A stretch of DNA of 32,000 bases, taken from contig NC_003450.3 in the NCBI RefSeq assembly GCF_000011325.1, forward strand, positions 450,001 to 482,000, given 5' to 3'. Positions within the stretch are counted from its first letter, which is position 1; the number at the start of each line of letters is the position of its first letter. The notes under the pieces are model-generated. The model saw only the letters and a program-made list of their open reading frames with translations. It had not been told where the DNA came from and ran no database searches. This document shows positions 31,128 through 32,000 of the stretch, in pieces. This DNA comes from Corynebacterium glutamicum ATCC 13032. GTDB taxonomy: Bacteria > Actinomycetota > Actinomycetes > Mycobacteriales > Mycobacteriaceae. The position numbers and the translations under genes are program-made.

Positions 31128-31391
31128 TTAGCCTTCAGTGCCGAAAATGTCGAAACCAGAGTACTGGTAGATCGTTGCTTTGGTGACCCAGAGAATGCCA
31201 GCGATGATAGCAACCGCAATGATGGCAAAGCAGATGGTTGAAGCAATTTTTCCAAGAGCGTTGGTGCCGTTGGAAGAAGGGCTGTGAGCAAAGCGGATTC
31301 CTAATGCAAAAAGGGCTGGAAGGCCTGCGCCGAGCAAAATGCCCACGAGGGTGACCTCAAAGATGCTTCCGAAAATAGTAGCGAAGTTCAT
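31128..31391 (-). CDS. Small membrane protein (2-3 TM) downstream of pitA
   Basis: 87-aa hydrophobic ORF. Its ATG (31391..31389) overlaps the pitA stop TAA (31393..31391) by 1 nt. Confidence 0.65.
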   Translation of the reverse strand: MNFATIFGSIFEVTLVGILLGAGLPALFALGIRFAHSPSSNGTNALGKIASTICFAIIAVAIIAGILWVTKATIYQYSGFDIFGTEG

Positions 31392-32000
31392 TACTTGGTT
31401 ACCTCATTCTCGTTGTTGAGATCTTGAACGGCTTGAGCGGCTGGAGCGGCAGGAGCTTCTGTAATCTCAGAAGCAGCCGGGGCGGAAGGTGTTGCAGGTT
31501 CCACGCTGTTTGATTCTTCATTCCAGTCAGCGTTGACGTTGCTTGGATCAACAGGCACGCGACGGGAACGGGCGTAAATGTAGCCAGACAGAATGACCAG
31601 AATGGCGAATGCAACGAGGACTCCGAGGAGGTCTGAGCTGATAAGACCAATTCCGTGAGCTACCCACCAGCAGAAAACGCCAACGATCGCGGAGGCAGGG
31701 AGGGTGATAACCCAGGCCATTGCCATGCGTCCTGCGACGGACCAACGAACCTTCGCCCCTTTACGTCCAATGCCGGTACCCATGATGGAGCCAGTAGCAA
31801 CGTGAGTGGTGGACAGTGCCATACCGAAGTGGGAAGAAGTCAAAATGATTGCTGCAGAAGAAGTTTCTGCTGCCATGCCCTGAGGGGAATCAATCTCAAC
31901 CAAGCCTTTGCCCAGTGTGCGGATAACGCGCCAACCACCCAAGTAGGTACCGATTGCGATTGCCAATGCACATGTAGCCTTGACCCAGAATGGGATGTCA
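31391..32000 (-). CDS. pitA: Inorganic phosphate transporter, PiT/PHO4 family. This is the C-terminal part; the gene continues past the right edge of the window.
   Basis: The frame is open to the window edge. PiT-type sequence is present (STTHVATGSIMGTGIGRKGAKVRWSVAGRMAMAWVITLPASAIVG), followed by an Ala/Pro/Glu-rich C-terminal tail. Confidence 0.85.
   Translation of the reverse strand, partial: DIPFWVKATCALAIAIGTYLGGWRVIRTLGKGLVEIDSPQGMAAETSSAAIILTSSHFGMALSTTHVATGSIMGTGIGRKGAKVRWSVAGRMAMAWVITLPASAIVGVFCWWVAHGIGLISSDLLGVLVAFAILVILSGYIYARSRRVPVDPSNVNADWNEESNSVEPATPSAPAASEITEAPAAPAAQAVQDLNNENEVTK

Noticed and set aside
30805-31131. 108-aa plus-strand ORF opposite the TetR remnant
   Set aside because: It has no motif and runs through the minus-strand terminator hairpin into the next gene. 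The minus-strand TetR-like reading explains the region better.
1-32000. Mobile elements, prophage or defence systems (transposase, integrase, toxin-antitoxin, restriction-modification)
   Set aside because: I scanned every ORF of at least 60 aa on both strands. None shows DDE or serine/tyrosine recombinase, nuclease/helicase defence, methyltransferase (other than the tetrapyrrole type) or toxin-antitoxin hallmarks. Gene content and order are those of a conserved core region.

Overview
The window looks like a core, syntenic chromosomal segment of a mid-GC actinobacterium. Gene order and protein sequences are most consistent with Corynebacterium, glutamicum-like, and the order parallels the Mycobacterium tuberculosis hem/ccs/men/pitA region. 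All calls rest on my own motif recognition; no database search was run.

Gene content, left to right:
- Minus strand: the end of an ABC importer, with a permease running off the left edge (missed by the ORF track) and a substrate-binding lipoprotein.
- Plus strand: a large tetrapyrrole and cytochrome c block. It runs hemD (methylase-like/synthase fusion), a small acidic hypothetical, hemB, two 4-TM membrane proteins, a CopA-like P-type ATPase homologue, hemE, hemY, hemL, a histidine phosphatase, a ResA/TlpA-like thioredoxin lipoprotein, ccdA, resB, and ccsB (the ResC/CcsA type). A strong intrinsic terminator closes the block.
- A 640-bp non-coding stretch containing a 100-bp direct repeat pair.
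- An M24-like ORF, a RidA-family gene, an ArsR regulator, and two small membrane proteins.
- menA, a putative glycosyltransferase, menE and DoxX.
- A minus-strand run of DUF3349, a LysR regulator, 5-dehydro-4-deoxyglucarate-dehydratase-like KdgD and an aldehyde dehydrogenase.
- An operon of a decayed TetR remnant, a hotdog thioesterase and an amidohydrolase-2.
- A small membrane protein and the 3' part of pitA.

I found no rRNA, tRNA, CRISPR array, transposase, integrase or recognisable defence island, so this is not an obvious accessory region.

The observations I consider most worth following:
1. The 878-aa P1B-ATPase homologue keeps its full architecture, but every catalytic signature is substituted (DKTGT, TGES, CPC, HP, TGDN, GDGxND and the HMA CxxC). 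It is a candidate pseudo-ATPase embedded in the heme cluster.
2. A 99/100-identical 100-bp direct repeat pair, plus a third degenerate copy, lies after ccsB and abuts the M24-like ORF.
3. A TetR regulator remnant with in-frame stops is still start/stop-coupled to a thioesterase/amidohydrolase operon of unknown function.
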